From an uncultured Bacteroidota bacterium (GTDB taxonomy: Bacteria; CLD3; SB21): a DNA stretch of 64,000 nt. The translations under genes and the position numbers were made by a program. The stretch's first letter is position 1, and the number at the start of each line of letters is the position of its first letter. The notes under the pieces were generated by a model. The model had not been told where the DNA came from, ran no database searches, and saw only the letters and a list, made by a program, of their open reading frames with translations. Location: contig CAZJBS010000007.1 in assembly GCA_964544475.1 (NCBI GenBank), positions 43,741 through 107,740 on the forward strand. The letters run 5' to 3'. Of this stretch, positions 36,849 through 47,199 are shown piece after piece.

Positions 36849-37685
36849 TCAAACCCTCTCTCCGGCCAATGCCACCTCACGCAATGGCGTCCGTTTCGAA
36901 GATTTCTCACCCTGACAAGCGTTTTCCCGAAGCCACCACTCCCATCCGCACTCGTCGTTTTCCGGCAGGGCACAGGTGTTGTGACCTTTCTTGAATCCGG
37001 CCGCCATTCGGCCAAAGGAAGGCAACGGGAGAATTCGACCTGGGACGCCACAGCGTTCCATCCAGACCCGCGCCATTTCGCCCAGCGTCGTCACCTCGGG
37101 GCCGCCAATCTCCACGATTTTCCCTTGCGGACCTTCCCGGACCAACCTCGCCAACTCGCCGGAAACCGTATCGGTGCTGATGGGCTGGACTTTGAATGAT
37201 GTCGGAATGACAAGCCATCGCCCGATCCGGCCTCTGGAAAACAGTTCGTCGATGAATTCATGAAACTGTGTGGCCCGCAATATGGTGAACGGCAATCCGC
37301 TTTGACGAACGAAATTTTCCGCCACCAGTTTTTTTCTATAATAACGAAATGGAATCCGGTCGACGCCGACAATGGAGACATACAAGAGATGCCGGACCCC
37401 CGCTTCTTTGGCGGCGCGAATCAGGTTGCGCGTGCCCATCGTATCGGTGGTGTAATTGAATGAACGGGCGCCGGAGGCCAGGTGAATCACGGTGTGAACT
37501 CCGTCCAGGGCGGCCTTAAGGCCAAAGCCGTCGTACAAATCCACCGGGTACCAATCCCACGGCATGTCTTCCGCCCGACGGCGTGACGCAATCCGGACCT
37601 GGGCGCCTTCCGTCCCCAACCGGGCCGCCACTTTCCTGCCCAGTACGCCGGTTCCACCCGTGATCAATATTTTATCTGTCATCAT
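36849..37685 (-). CDS. NAD(P)-binding NmrA-like/atypical SDR oxidoreductase
   Basis: Begins MMTDKILITGGTGVLGRKVAARL (Rossmann GxxGxxG). Confidence 0.75.
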   Translation of the reverse strand: MMTDKILITGGTGVLGRKVAARLGTEGAQVRIASRRRAEDMPWDWYPVDLYDGFGLKAALDGVHTVIHLASGARSFNYTTDTMGTRNLIRAAKEAGVRHLLYVSIVGVDRIPFRYYRKKLVAENFVRQSGLPFTILRATQFHEFIDELFSRGRIGRWLVIPTSFKVQPISTDTVSGELARLVREGPQGKIVEIGGPEVTTLGEMARVWMERCGVPGRILPLPSFGRMAAGFKKGHNTCALPENDECGWEWWLRENACQGEKSSKRTPLREVALAGERV

Positions 37686-37788
37686 GTCTCCTTGTCGCGT
37701 CGGCGTTCGGAACGATGCCTGACTTCATCCGCCACGCGGGTACTTGAGTACGGAATCCAAAGCCCCATACGCAACATGTCCGAAAAAG

Positions 37789-40700
37789 TTACGCCACCAC
37801 TTTGGTTTCCAGTTTCGGGACGACCGCCGGCGCCGGCATCCTCCCGTTACGGCGTCCATACACCCTCCGAAACAACGCCGGCACTTTGACGCTCCACTCG
37901 TCGATCTTGGAATAAACGACAGGCACCAGGAGCAGCGTGAGAAACATCGAACTCGTCAGACCTCCGATCAAAGCCCACGCCAGGCCGGTTTTCCATTCCG
38001 AACCCGCCGCCGTGGACATGGCAATCGGCATCATGCCGATGATCATCGTAAGCGTGGTCATGAGAATCGGCCGCAGACGGCTTTTGCCGGCCTCCATCAA
38101 CGCCTCCCGCGTTCCCAGGCCGGATTCCGATTTGTTCTGGTTCGTGCGGTCCACCAGCAGGATGGCGTTCTTCCCGACAAGTCCAACGAGCATGATGATG
38201 CCCAGCATGGAAAAAATGCTCAGCGATTTCATCGTCAGCGCCATGGCGAGCAGCGCGCCCACCATTGCCACGGGAATGGAAAACATGACTACGAGCGGAT
38301 AAATGTACGAATCATACAACGCCACCATGATCATATATACGAAAATGATGCCGGCCAGGAGCGCCAGCCCGAGGCTTCCAAAGGAATCTTTCTGATTTTT
38401 CAAATCGCCCATATAGGCGAGCGAAACGCCCCTGGGCAGCGGATTCTCTTTGATGGTCTTTTCGAAATCCTGAGCGATGCTCCCGCTCGGGCGGCCCACG
38501 GCCTGCGACAAGACGGTGATCGACGTATTGCGGTCCCGCCGTTGAAGCTTGCTCGGTCCGGTCACTTTTTGGATCGTGGCAAATTGCTGCAACTCGATCG
38601 CCTGCCCGCGCCGGTTGAGGAAAGTGAGCCGGCCAATCTCGCCGGTTTTGGACCGGTCAAGTTCATCCATCACCACACGGATGTCGTACTCGTTTTCGCC
38701 GTCCCGGAATTTCGATTCGTTGTCGCCGGTCAAAGCGACACGCAGCGTGGCCCCGACCTCGGCCATCGTCAGTCCGAAAGCGGCCATCTTCTGCCGGTCG
38801 ATATCGACGCGCGTTTCGGGCTTCCCGTCCTCCGACGACAGACGCACGTCCCCGGTGCCCGGGATGGCATGCAGCATATCCACGATGCGATGCGCCGAGG
38901 CCAACACCAACGCCCGGTCGGAACCGCTCACCGCAATCTGGATCGGGGTCTGGTTGGCCGTGCCGAAAATGCCGATCGGATTCGCGCGCACTTTGACGCC
39001 GGGGATCTGCTGGACTTTTTGTTTGATCTCCCATTGCATGTCGTCCGTCGATTTCACGCGTTCCTCTTTTGGCACAAGCGTCACATTGATCTCGGCGACG
39101 TTGTTGGAGTTTTGACCCAGCAATCCTTCGTTGGAAGCGCCGACGTTGACAAAAGCCATATGGACTTCCGGCATCGCAAACAGCATACGCTCGACGTCCT
39201 GCGTCGTATAGTTCGTCTGCTCAATGGAGGCGCCCGGGGGCAGTTCGATGGTGACCGCAAATTCCCCGCGATCCGATTGCGCCACAAACTCCGAGCCGAT
39301 GAATCCCAGCGGCACGAGCGACAACGAAGCAAAAAACAACGCCAGGGTCATCAGGGCCACCTTGCCGCGGTTGGCCAGGCTCCAGCGCAACAAGGAAAGA
39401 TAGTGCGTCGTGAACCGGTCATACCACGATTCGAACCACAACGCAAACCGGCCCATCAGCGTGTCCTTCGTGAACAGTTCGATCTTCGCAAACCGGGACG
39501 CCAGCATCGGTGTGATGGTGAAAGACACAAACAGGCTGAGCAGGGTCGATACGACGACCACGACGGAAAACTGGCGCAGGATATTGCCGATCAGGCCGCT
39601 CGTAAGGGCCAATGGCACAAACACCACCACATCCACGAGTGTGATCGAAAGGGCCGCAAACCCGATTTCGTTACGGCCGATCAACGCAGCCTTGCGCCGC
39701 TCGACACCCTTTTCAAGATGATGGTAAATATTCTCCAGCACAACGATGGAATCATCGACGAGAATGCCGACGACCAGGGACAACCCCAGCAACGTCATCA
39801 GATTGAGTGAGAAATCGAACAGGTACATCGCAATGAATGTGGAGATCAACGAAGCCGGGATCGCGATCATCACAATGACCGAGTTGCGCAGGCTGTGCAA
39901 AAAGAGGAACATCACCACGGCCACGAGCAGGACGGCCAGGGCGAGATCATACTTGACCGCGTTCGCGGCATCGACCGTGAATTGCGAAATATCCTGGGCA
40001 AGCTCCATCTGCAGCCGGATATCCTTGTGCTCGTCCTGCAACTTCACAATCTCGGCCCGGACCAGTTTGCTGACCGCCACCGCATTGGCGTCGGACTGTT
40101 TCTGCACGTAAATACCGATCGACGTCTTGCCGTTGATGCGGCTGATATTGACGTAATCCCTCTGTCCGTCCTGCACTTCGGCCACGTCGGAAAGCCGAAT
40201 GTCCCCCCCGGTTTTGGAGCGCCCGAGCACCAGGTCGCGCAGGTCGTCGACGGAATGGAATTTTCCGGCCACGCGTACGACATACTGGCCGTCCTCGTCT
40301 TTGATGTTGCCGGTCGGAAAGTCCAGGTTCGACGCCTTGATGATCTCGGTGACCTGCAGGACGGACAACCCGTACCCGCGCAGTCTGGCCGCATCCAGGT
40401 TGACTCTGATTTCACGTTCATCGCCCCCGATCAACGTGACCTGACCGACGCCGGGCAACTTGGACAAACGTGGCTTGACATTGTCTTTCATGAACTGGTA
40501 GAACTCACGGGCCGGCATCGTCGACGTGGCGCCCAGCCGAACAACCGGAATTTCATCAAGGGCAAATTTCGAAATGGCCGGCGCCTTGACGTCGGCGGGA
40601 AATTTCCCTGTGATTTCACCGATTTTGCGCTGGGCATTCTGCAGGGCGACATCCACGTCGGCCCCCTGGTTGAATTCGATGAAGGCAAAGGAAACGCCTT

Positions 40701-40956
40701 CGGCGGACGTGGTCGCGATCGAGGAAATATCGTCGAGACTCGAAACGGCGTCCTCAATCGGCTTGGACACGGACGTCTCCACCTCATACGGCGACGCGCC
40801 CGGATAGACCGTCGCGATCGTAATCACCGGCGGGCTGATTTTCGGGAGCAATTCGTACGACAATTGCGTGTAACTGAAAAACCCGAGTACACCCAGCGCC
40901 GCGAAAATCACGACGATGAGCGACGGACGTTTTATGGCAAGTTCTGTCAGAGTCAT
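37789..40956 (-). CDS. RND efflux transporter permease (AcrB/HAE1 family)
   Basis: 1055 aa with 12-TM architecture and two large periplasmic loops. The N-terminus MTLTELAIKRPSLIVVIFAALGVLG is typical. Confidence 0.9.
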   Translation of the reverse strand: MTLTELAIKRPSLIVVIFAALGVLGFFSYTQLSYELLPKISPPVITIATVYPGASPYEVETSVSKPIEDAVSSLDDISSIATTSAEGVSFAFIEFNQGADVDVALQNAQRKIGEITGKFPADVKAPAISKFALDEIPVVRLGATSTMPAREFYQFMKDNVKPRLSKLPGVGQVTLIGGDEREIRVNLDAARLRGYGLSVLQVTEIIKASNLDFPTGNIKDEDGQYVVRVAGKFHSVDDLRDLVLGRSKTGGDIRLSDVAEVQDGQRDYVNISRINGKTSIGIYVQKQSDANAVAVSKLVRAEIVKLQDEHKDIRLQMELAQDISQFTVDAANAVKYDLALAVLLVAVVMFLFLHSLRNSVIVMIAIPASLISTFIAMYLFDFSLNLMTLLGLSLVVGILVDDSIVVLENIYHHLEKGVERRKAALIGRNEIGFAALSITLVDVVVFVPLALTSGLIGNILRQFSVVVVVSTLLSLFVSFTITPMLASRFAKIELFTKDTLMGRFALWFESWYDRFTTHYLSLLRWSLANRGKVALMTLALFFASLSLVPLGFIGSEFVAQSDRGEFAVTIELPPGASIEQTNYTTQDVERMLFAMPEVHMAFVNVGASNEGLLGQNSNNVAEINVTLVPKEERVKSTDDMQWEIKQKVQQIPGVKVRANPIGIFGTANQTPIQIAVSGSDRALVLASAHRIVDMLHAIPGTGDVRLSSEDGKPETRVDIDRQKMAAFGLTMAEVGATLRVALTGDNESKFRDGENEYDIRVVMDELDRSKTGEIGRLTFLNRRGQAIELQQFATIQKVTGPSKLQRRDRNTSITVLSQAVGRPSGSIAQDFEKTIKENPLPRGVSLAYMGDLKNQKDSFGSLGLALLAGIIFVYMIMVALYDSYIYPLVVMFSIPVAMVGALLAMALTMKSLSIFSMLGIIMLVGLVGKNAILLVDRTNQNKSESGLGTREALMEAGKSRLRPILMTTLTMIIGMMPIAMSTAAGSEWKTGLAWALIGGLTSSMFLTLLLVPVVYSKIDEWSVKVPALFRRVYGRRNGRMPAPAVVPKLETKVVA

Positions 40957-40971
40957 GGGATCATCCTTTGA

Positions 40972-42021
40972 TTACTGTATGACCGTGACGGGATAATCAT
41001 CCCGCAGGTTGTTATGGCCGCTGGTCACGACCTGTTCACCGTCCTTCAATCCGTCGATGACCTGGAGCCGCGTTCCGAATTCCGAACCCACCACAATGGG
41101 GCGCAATCTCGCGGCGCCGTTTTCGATCACGAAAACCTCCGGTTTACGGATACTCCCGATGAGAGCCTCCCGCGGTATGGTCAGATACGCCCCCGTGCCG
41201 GTTCCCGTCAGTGCCACGCGAGCGAACATGCCGGCTTTGAGCGGGTGCTTCGAATCATTGGTGAGCGCGATTTCGACGGGATACGTGTGCGCTTCGTCGG
41301 CTTTGGCGCTGATGGTATGAACCCGTCCTTCGAAGGCAACCCCGGGATAGACTTCCGTCGTGACCACGGCCTTGTCACCCGTTTTCAAGCCGAACACGTC
41401 CGCTTCGGCCACAGAGACTTTCACTTTAAGTCTTGAAATATCCACGACATTGGCCACGGCCATTTTGTCGAGGATCATTGTTCCGACGTCCACCATGCGG
41501 GCCGTGACAACGCCGGCAATCGGCGACGTGACCCTGGTGTCCCGGTATTGGCGCCGAGCCATGATGAATTGGGATTCCGCGGCCTGGAAAGCCTGTCGTA
41601 CGGATTCATACTGCGAATCGCTGATGGTCTTTTCTCTAAACAATGTCTCGTAGCGATCGAGGTCTTTCTTCGCTTTGTCATAATTGACTTCGGCGAGCGA
41701 CAGGGCGGCCTTCTTCACCTCGTCGTCCACCTGGACCAGTACAGCGCCGGCGTCCACGTGGTCGCCCACCTCGACAAACGCCGCAAGGACACGGCCCTGC
41801 GTCTCGGCCAGGACGGTGACATCATGGTGGCCGGCGATCGTGCCGACAAGGGACAGGCGTTTTTCCAGTGTTTGCGTCGATACCGTAACAACGCTCACCG
41901 GATACGACGACATTTTGTCGCTTCGAGCGCTGGCTGCGGCCCTGGATTTGTTGTTGATCAGAATGGTCACGATGCCGGCCAGGAGGGCCAGTACGACGAC
42001 GGTTATTTTGATGCGTTTCAT
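40972..42021 (-). CDS. RND efflux membrane fusion protein (periplasmic adaptor)
   Basis: 349 aa with an N-terminal TM anchor, coiled-coil and beta-barrel segments typical of HlyD/AcrA. Confidence 0.85.
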   Translation of the reverse strand: MKRIKITVVVLALLAGIVTILINNKSRAAASARSDKMSSYPVSVVTVSTQTLEKRLSLVGTIAGHHDVTVLAETQGRVLAAFVEVGDHVDAGAVLVQVDDEVKKAALSLAEVNYDKAKKDLDRYETLFREKTISDSQYESVRQAFQAAESQFIMARRQYRDTRVTSPIAGVVTARMVDVGTMILDKMAVANVVDISRLKVKVSVAEADVFGLKTGDKAVVTTEVYPGVAFEGRVHTISAKADEAHTYPVEIALTNDSKHPLKAGMFARVALTGTGTGAYLTIPREALIGSIRKPEVFVIENGAARLRPIVVGSEFGTRLQVIDGLKDGEQVVTSGHNNLRDDYPVTVIQ

Positions 42022-42048
42022 CGGTTGCGTCTCCTCGAGTGAAAGGGT

Positions 42049-43380
42049 CTATTTTTTCGTTTCAATGGTCGTGCCCAGGGCCTGTTCGAGCCGGGCTTTC
42101 GCGATTTCAAAATCCACCAGCGTGTGGGTGTAGTTGGTCCGGGCCTGCAACAACGCCACTTCCGCATCGAGCAGATCGGAACTCAACGCAAAACCGTTTT
42201 TGAATTTCTCGCTGGTGATCCGGTAGTTCTCCTGCGCGAGCCTGACGCCCTTGTCCGCCACCGAGATGCGCTCTTTCGCCTGTTGGACGTTCAGGTAACT
42301 CTGCGTGATTTCCAGGGACAGCCGGTCTTTCGTCATCTGCAGGCCATCCCGCATTTGCTCCAGCTGGGCCCTGGCCTGATGCGTCTGGTAACCGGTTGCA
42401 CCCCAATTCCAGATGTCAAAACTCACCGACAAGGCCACATCCCAGGTGTCCCGGAATTGATCGCGGGTCGGAAAAATCCGCTGATTGGGATTGCTGTAAT
42501 AATAATTGGCGCCCAAAGCCACTTGCGGATACCAGCCGCCGCCTGCGGCTTTGACATTCGCTTCGCCGGCCTTCACGCGGTATTCCATGGCCCGGATTTC
42601 ACTGTGGTTATTGGCCGAAAGTCCAACCATGTCATTCAAGGGAGGCATCGCCTCGTCCTCAAACCGGATCTCCGAGGCGGGTTCCACCGTCGTATCCAGC
42701 GGCAACCCGATGACATTGTTGAATCCGATCATGGCCAACCGCACGGCATTGCGGCTGTCGATATCCTGAAGCTCGACGCCGGCCAATTGCACTTCCACCT
42801 TCAGGACGTCGCTCTGCGTAGCCAGTCCCTGCGCCAGAAGATTTCGTGCGTCCTTCAGGTGGGCTTTCACCTGGGCCACATTTTCCGCCACCATCGCGCT
42901 GACCTGCCGCGCTTTGTAAAGGTTCCAATACGCCGCTTTCACGCGAAAGGTCAGGTCGCGTTTGTCCCTGTCAAATTCCATTTGACTGGCCTTGGCCGCA
43001 TAATCGGCGGCTTTGATGCCGTTTTCGATCCGAAAGCCGGTGAAAAGCGGTTGTTGGAGGGACACGGACGAGTTGTAGTAATTCACAATGGACGGCGCGA
43101 TGGTGATCGGATTGGGCACACCGGGTATCGAAAAGCTGGCTGCGTCGATTTCACTGACGCGCTGGTAGGCCGCATTAAGTTTGAGCTTCGGCAGGCGGGC
43201 CGTTTCCATCTCACGTTGGCGCGCATCGGCATACGCCACGCCCATCGACGACGCATGCAACGACGAACTGTGGTCGAGCGCAATGCGGATCGCGTCTTCA
43301 ACCGTCAGTTTTTGCTGCGCCCAAACCGGCCCGGTGAGCGTCACGGCCAGCGCATATCGGATAAAACGGAGGAATTTCAT
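42049..43380 (-). CDS. TolC-like outer membrane efflux protein
   Basis: ATG at 43380 has AGGAG upstream (MKFLRFIRYALAVTL signal peptide). It has the two-repeat OEP architecture. Confidence 0.8.
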   Translation of the reverse strand: MKFLRFIRYALAVTLTGPVWAQQKLTVEDAIRIALDHSSSLHASSMGVAYADARQREMETARLPKLKLNAAYQRVSEIDAASFSIPGVPNPITIAPSIVNYYNSSVSLQQPLFTGFRIENGIKAADYAAKASQMEFDRDKRDLTFRVKAAYWNLYKARQVSAMVAENVAQVKAHLKDARNLLAQGLATQSDVLKVEVQLAGVELQDIDSRNAVRLAMIGFNNVIGLPLDTTVEPASEIRFEDEAMPPLNDMVGLSANNHSEIRAMEYRVKAGEANVKAAGGGWYPQVALGANYYYSNPNQRIFPTRDQFRDTWDVALSVSFDIWNWGATGYQTHQARAQLEQMRDGLQMTKDRLSLEITQSYLNVQQAKERISVADKGVRLAQENYRITSEKFKNGFALSSDLLDAEVALLQARTNYTHTLVDFEIAKARLEQALGTTIETKK

Positions 43381-43396
43381 TGTTAGCTCCTGTGAA

Positions 43397-44041
43397 TTAG
43401 CGTTCAACAAACCACGGCTCGGTCGCCGTCACAAACGTATCGTGATATTTCGCTCTCCCCGAGTCGGTCAGCAAGCCTTCAAAAAAGACTTTTTGAATCG
43501 CGTCAAAAACCTGGGACGCGGTGTACGGCATCTGGTTAAGCGCGTCGGGCGTGACCAAACCCTGAATGGCCGTCGCCCAGATATGGACCACGAGTTTTTC
43601 GTCGAGATCCTTTCGAAATACACCGTTCTCGACGCCTTCATGTATGAGCATCGCCGTGTCCTGAAAAATGCGCTGACGCCGGAACTCCATGATCTTCGCC
43701 CAGATCTCCGGCCAATTGCGCTTCATGTCCGAGACCAGTACGGTGCTCCATTGCGAATAAATGTTCTTCGTGAGATACTCCATCATGTGCTTCAGACGCT
43801 GCACAAAATCCATGCTCTTGTCGGCCATCAATTCGCCGACATAGCAATCGCATTGATCGGTCACGGCATGAATGATTTCCTGCAAAAGCGCTTCCTTGCT
43901 CGGAAAGTATTGATAAAGCGTTTTCTTGCTCATGCCGAGTTCGTCGGCGAGTTGATCCATGGTCACGGCCGTAATACCCAAATGGTAGAATAGTTCCCTG
44001 GCTTTGCCCATGATGCGGTTTTTTGTTTTGAGTTCTGTCAT
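43397..44041 (-). CDS. TetR-family transcriptional regulator
   Basis: N-terminal HTH GKARELFYHLGITAVTMDQLADELGMSKKTLYQYF. Confidence 0.85.
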   Translation of the reverse strand: MTELKTKNRIMGKARELFYHLGITAVTMDQLADELGMSKKTLYQYFPSKEALLQEIIHAVTDQCDCYVGELMADKSMDFVQRLKHMMEYLTKNIYSQWSTVLVSDMKRNWPEIWAKIMEFRRQRIFQDTAMLIHEGVENGVFRKDLDEKLVVHIWATAIQGLVTPDALNQMPYTASQVFDAIQKVFFEGLLTDSGRAKYHDTFVTATEPWFVER

Positions 44042-44140
44042 AGCGGAATTTCCTGTCTGATTTTTCGCATTATACTGAAGAAACTCTCAGAATGTTTCAA
44101 GTTTCCATGAATCGCAAAAGAATGCCCTCAATGGGCAATT

Positions 44141-44170
44141 TGGAAACTCTTATCGTTTTTACAGTTTCCA
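44141..44170. promoter_or_regulatory. Inverted repeat TGGAAACT-N14-AGTTTCCA (candidate TetR operator); a further GTTTCCATG copy at 44101-44109
   Basis: Seen in sequence, 100-130 nt upstream of the tetR start, in an AT-rich region. Confidence 0.35.
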
Positions 44171-44257
44171 TAATATCCGAAATAGTCCAACAAATCAAGT
44201 AAAAAAATATTTTTTTGGAGAATAACTAAGAAGAACTGTGGTTCGCAGTTGCTCCGG

Positions 44258-45013
44258 CTACGGCTTACCCCCGTTGGCGACATCATCCACATACACGGCG
44301 ATGGCCGTGAGGTTGTCCATGGCGCCGCCCTCATAGACCAGCGATTTGATGCGCTCACAGATCGCCTGCGGGTCCAATCCCTCTGCCACCATGGACGTCA
44401 ATTGCTCCAGGCTCACATATTCCGCCACGCCATCCGAGCACAGCAGGTAAAAGTCTCCGGGTTTCACATCCGCATTCTTGACAAACACGTCAATGTCCGG
44501 CTTGTGGGCGATACAACTCAGCAGCACATTGCGCATGGGATGACGCTTGGCCTGGTCTTGGGAAATAATACCCCGGTCAACCATCTGTTGCACAATACTC
44601 TGATCCTTGGTCAGTTGTTCACCGACGCCGTCACGCACACGATAAATTTTGCTGTCGCCCACGTGGCCGACGAGAGCACGATCCACATAGAAGTAAAGAA
44701 CGGAAAGGGTTGAACCCATGTTCCGGTATTCCGGTTTCTGGGCTTCCTGGTATACGACGCTGTTCACGCGTTTGACGGCGCGCTCGACGATTTTCAATTC
44801 GCCGGACGCGGACAGGCCGTTTTCGCGGGTTGCGTCATCGAAAAAATCCCTGAATTTCTCAACGGTCATCTGACTGGCCACTTCGCCGGCCAGCTCTCCG
44901 CCAAGGCCATCGGCCACCATAAATAGAGGTTCCGCCACCAACAAACTGTCTTCGTTGTGAGGACGATTGGGATTTAGGCCACGATCTGTGATGCTGGCTG
45001 TGCGGAACTTCAT
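44258..45013 (-). CDS. PP2C-family Ser/Thr protein phosphatase
   Basis: Begins MKFRTASITDRGLNPNRPHNEDS. Metal-binding motifs MVADGLGG and LLCSDG are present. Confidence 0.85.
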   Translation of the reverse strand: MKFRTASITDRGLNPNRPHNEDSLLVAEPLFMVADGLGGELAGEVASQMTVEKFRDFFDDATRENGLSASGELKIVERAVKRVNSVVYQEAQKPEYRNMGSTLSVLYFYVDRALVGHVGDSKIYRVRDGVGEQLTKDQSIVQQMVDRGIISQDQAKRHPMRNVLLSCIAHKPDIDVFVKNADVKPGDFYLLCSDGVAEYVSLEQLTSMVAEGLDPQAICERIKSLVYEGGAMDNLTAIAVYVDDVANGGKP

Positions 45014-45067
45014 ACCCTTACTTATCTCGGTGGAAGTACGCCATGATAAAGACTTTAACTACCTTTA

Positions 45068-47065
45068 TCAAGTTTTTGTTTTGACGTGACCGTTCATTTT
45101 GAATTTCTTGAGCCCGTTTTCGAGGTCAATGGTCAGCTTCTGGAGTTGGTCGGCGGACACTACAACCGACTCAATCGATGAGGACACATCCTCCGTAGCC
45201 CGGTTGATCGTATGGATATTCTCGCCAATGTGCACGTTCGTGGCCGCAAACGCATGGGCCAGTTCAGCGATATGGTTGACCATGCTGTTCATCTGGTGAA
45301 ACACGTCCGTCAATTCGGAAAAACTCGTCTTGGCTTTGCCGGCCAGCGTCAGGCCCGTGGCGCCGTCATCCTGGCTCTTTTTCATCAGTTCCACGGACTC
45401 CGAAATGCCGCGCTGAATTTTTGTGACCATTTCGTGAACTTCCCCTGTTGATCGCGTCGTTTTGTGGGCCAGCTTTTTGATCTCTTCGGCCACCACGGCA
45501 AATCCTTTTCCGCGCTCGCCCGCCTTCGCCGCTTCGACCGCGGCATTGAGCGCAATGAGATTCACCTGTTTGGTGATGTCTTCGATCAGACCGATCACCC
45601 GTCCGATCCGGCTGCTGGATTCGTGCAGGGAATTAACCACTTCCGCGGACTGGTTGATCTGGTCCACCATACGCTGCACGCCGGATGCCGTCTGCTCCAC
45701 GACAGTCGTTCCCTGTTCGGCCTTGTGCTGGGCTTGAATGGCCATCTCCCGGGCGGCCACGGCATGGTGGGCAATGTCGTCCACCGACCGTGACATCTGG
45801 TCGACGGCTTCGTTGGCCGACACCGCCATGGTGGCCTGGTTTTTCGAATGGGCCGCCATTTTTTCCGCTTGTGAGTAGATCCGCCGGCCTTCGTCCGATA
45901 CGGCGTTGGAAGTCCGGATCACATCCTGAAGGGTGTCGCGAATCGAAATGACGAATCGATCAAAGGAGTTGGCCAGCCGGCCTATTTCATCCCCGCGCTT
46001 GAGATTGAGTTTGGTATTCAGATCGGCCTGATCCATGTTGTCGGCCACGACCTTGATCGGAGTTGCCAGGCGGCCGGAAATGAAAAACAGCATGACGCTC
46101 AGAACAACGATCGTGGCCAGGCCGGCCACCACGATCCAACGAACGGCTGCGTCCACGCCTGCCATGATTTCGTCTTCCGGAACCACCGTGATCAGACTCC
46201 AGTTGTTCGTGCGCACGGGTGAGAAGAAAAGACTCGCCGGACGGCCGGTTCGAGGATCCTTCGTTTCAATAAAACCCTCCTGGCTCTGCTCGACGCGCAA
46301 TGCCAGCGCCTGCCATTCCGGACTCTTGCGCGATTCGGCGACGGCGGCCAGGGATGTCGTGCCGGCAAAACTGCTGTCCCGGTGGGTGATGATCTGACCC
46401 TTCTTGGAAGTCAAAAACGCATAACCGGTTTTGAACAAATCGATGTCGTTGATGAGTTCGTTGAGATAATTGACCGAAATGTCCAGGGCGCAGGCCCCTT
46501 GGAATTCATCATCTTTTCTTATCGGCACCACATACCGCACGGTCCACTGTCCGCCGTGCAACGCCGGTTCGAGCATCGCCTCCGATGCGTCACGGCTCGC
46601 ATCATACCAGGCCTCGTCATCCGTCGCCAGCGTCGTTCCCAACTGAACCTCATCGTCCTCACGACGCCAATACGGCATGAAACGTCCGCCGGCATCCTGG
46701 CCGGGCCGGCCCCGGAAAAACGCATCCCGCCCATCAAACGCATCCGGCTCGTAGACCACACCGATGCCCACCGCGTTATAGTCGCTGGCCACAAGTTGCT
46801 TCAGGATGCGGGTCACTTCGGCACGTTCCTTCGTCTCGTAAGATTGCATCATGTGCGATAGCGTCTGCAAAATGACGAGGTGCGAATTGAATTCCACGTC
46901 AAGCTGATTGGCATACTGCCGGGCGGTTTCCAATGCCTTCTCGTACGCCAGGTCCTTGACCATGCCGCGAATCGTAATATTCACGATGACCGTTGACGCG
47001 AGCGTGATCAAGACGACCGACGGTATGATATATAAAAGCATTCTTCGCCGGATGGTGAGGCGCAT
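45068..47065 (-). CDS. Methyl-accepting chemotaxis protein (periplasmic Cache-like sensor, HAMP, MA domain)
   Basis: ATG at 47065 (MRLTIRRRMLLYIIPSVVLITL) has two TM segments. The highly conserved MCP signalling core is present (IALNAAVEAAKAGERGKGFAVVAEEIKKLA). Confidence 0.85.
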   Translation of the reverse strand: MRLTIRRRMLLYIIPSVVLITLASTVIVNITIRGMVKDLAYEKALETARQYANQLDVEFNSHLVILQTLSHMMQSYETKERAEVTRILKQLVASDYNAVGIGVVYEPDAFDGRDAFFRGRPGQDAGGRFMPYWRREDDEVQLGTTLATDDEAWYDASRDASEAMLEPALHGGQWTVRYVVPIRKDDEFQGACALDISVNYLNELINDIDLFKTGYAFLTSKKGQIITHRDSSFAGTTSLAAVAESRKSPEWQALALRVEQSQEGFIETKDPRTGRPASLFFSPVRTNNWSLITVVPEDEIMAGVDAAVRWIVVAGLATIVVLSVMLFFISGRLATPIKVVADNMDQADLNTKLNLKRGDEIGRLANSFDRFVISIRDTLQDVIRTSNAVSDEGRRIYSQAEKMAAHSKNQATMAVSANEAVDQMSRSVDDIAHHAVAAREMAIQAQHKAEQGTTVVEQTASGVQRMVDQINQSAEVVNSLHESSSRIGRVIGLIEDITKQVNLIALNAAVEAAKAGERGKGFAVVAEEIKKLAHKTTRSTGEVHEMVTKIQRGISESVELMKKSQDDGATGLTLAGKAKTSFSELTDVFHQMNSMVNHIAELAHAFAATNVHIGENIHTINRATEDVSSSIESVVVSADQLQKLTIDLENGLKKFKMNGHVKTKT

Positions 47066-47199
47066 CAGAATGGCCTTTCGTGCAGGGAATGGTTGTACTT
47101 GTGCAGGATCGATCCCGGCGGAATGGAATTGCAATTGGATGAATTTCTCATAAAATATAGGCTTTGTTGAACGACAATACAAGCAGACTTTGGAGTTCC

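Noticed and set aside
37744-39810. 688-aa plus ORF (and 39895..40971 plus)
   Set aside because: It is antisense to the RND transporter. It is extremely Arg/His/Gln-rich, typical of a GC-rich antisense frame.
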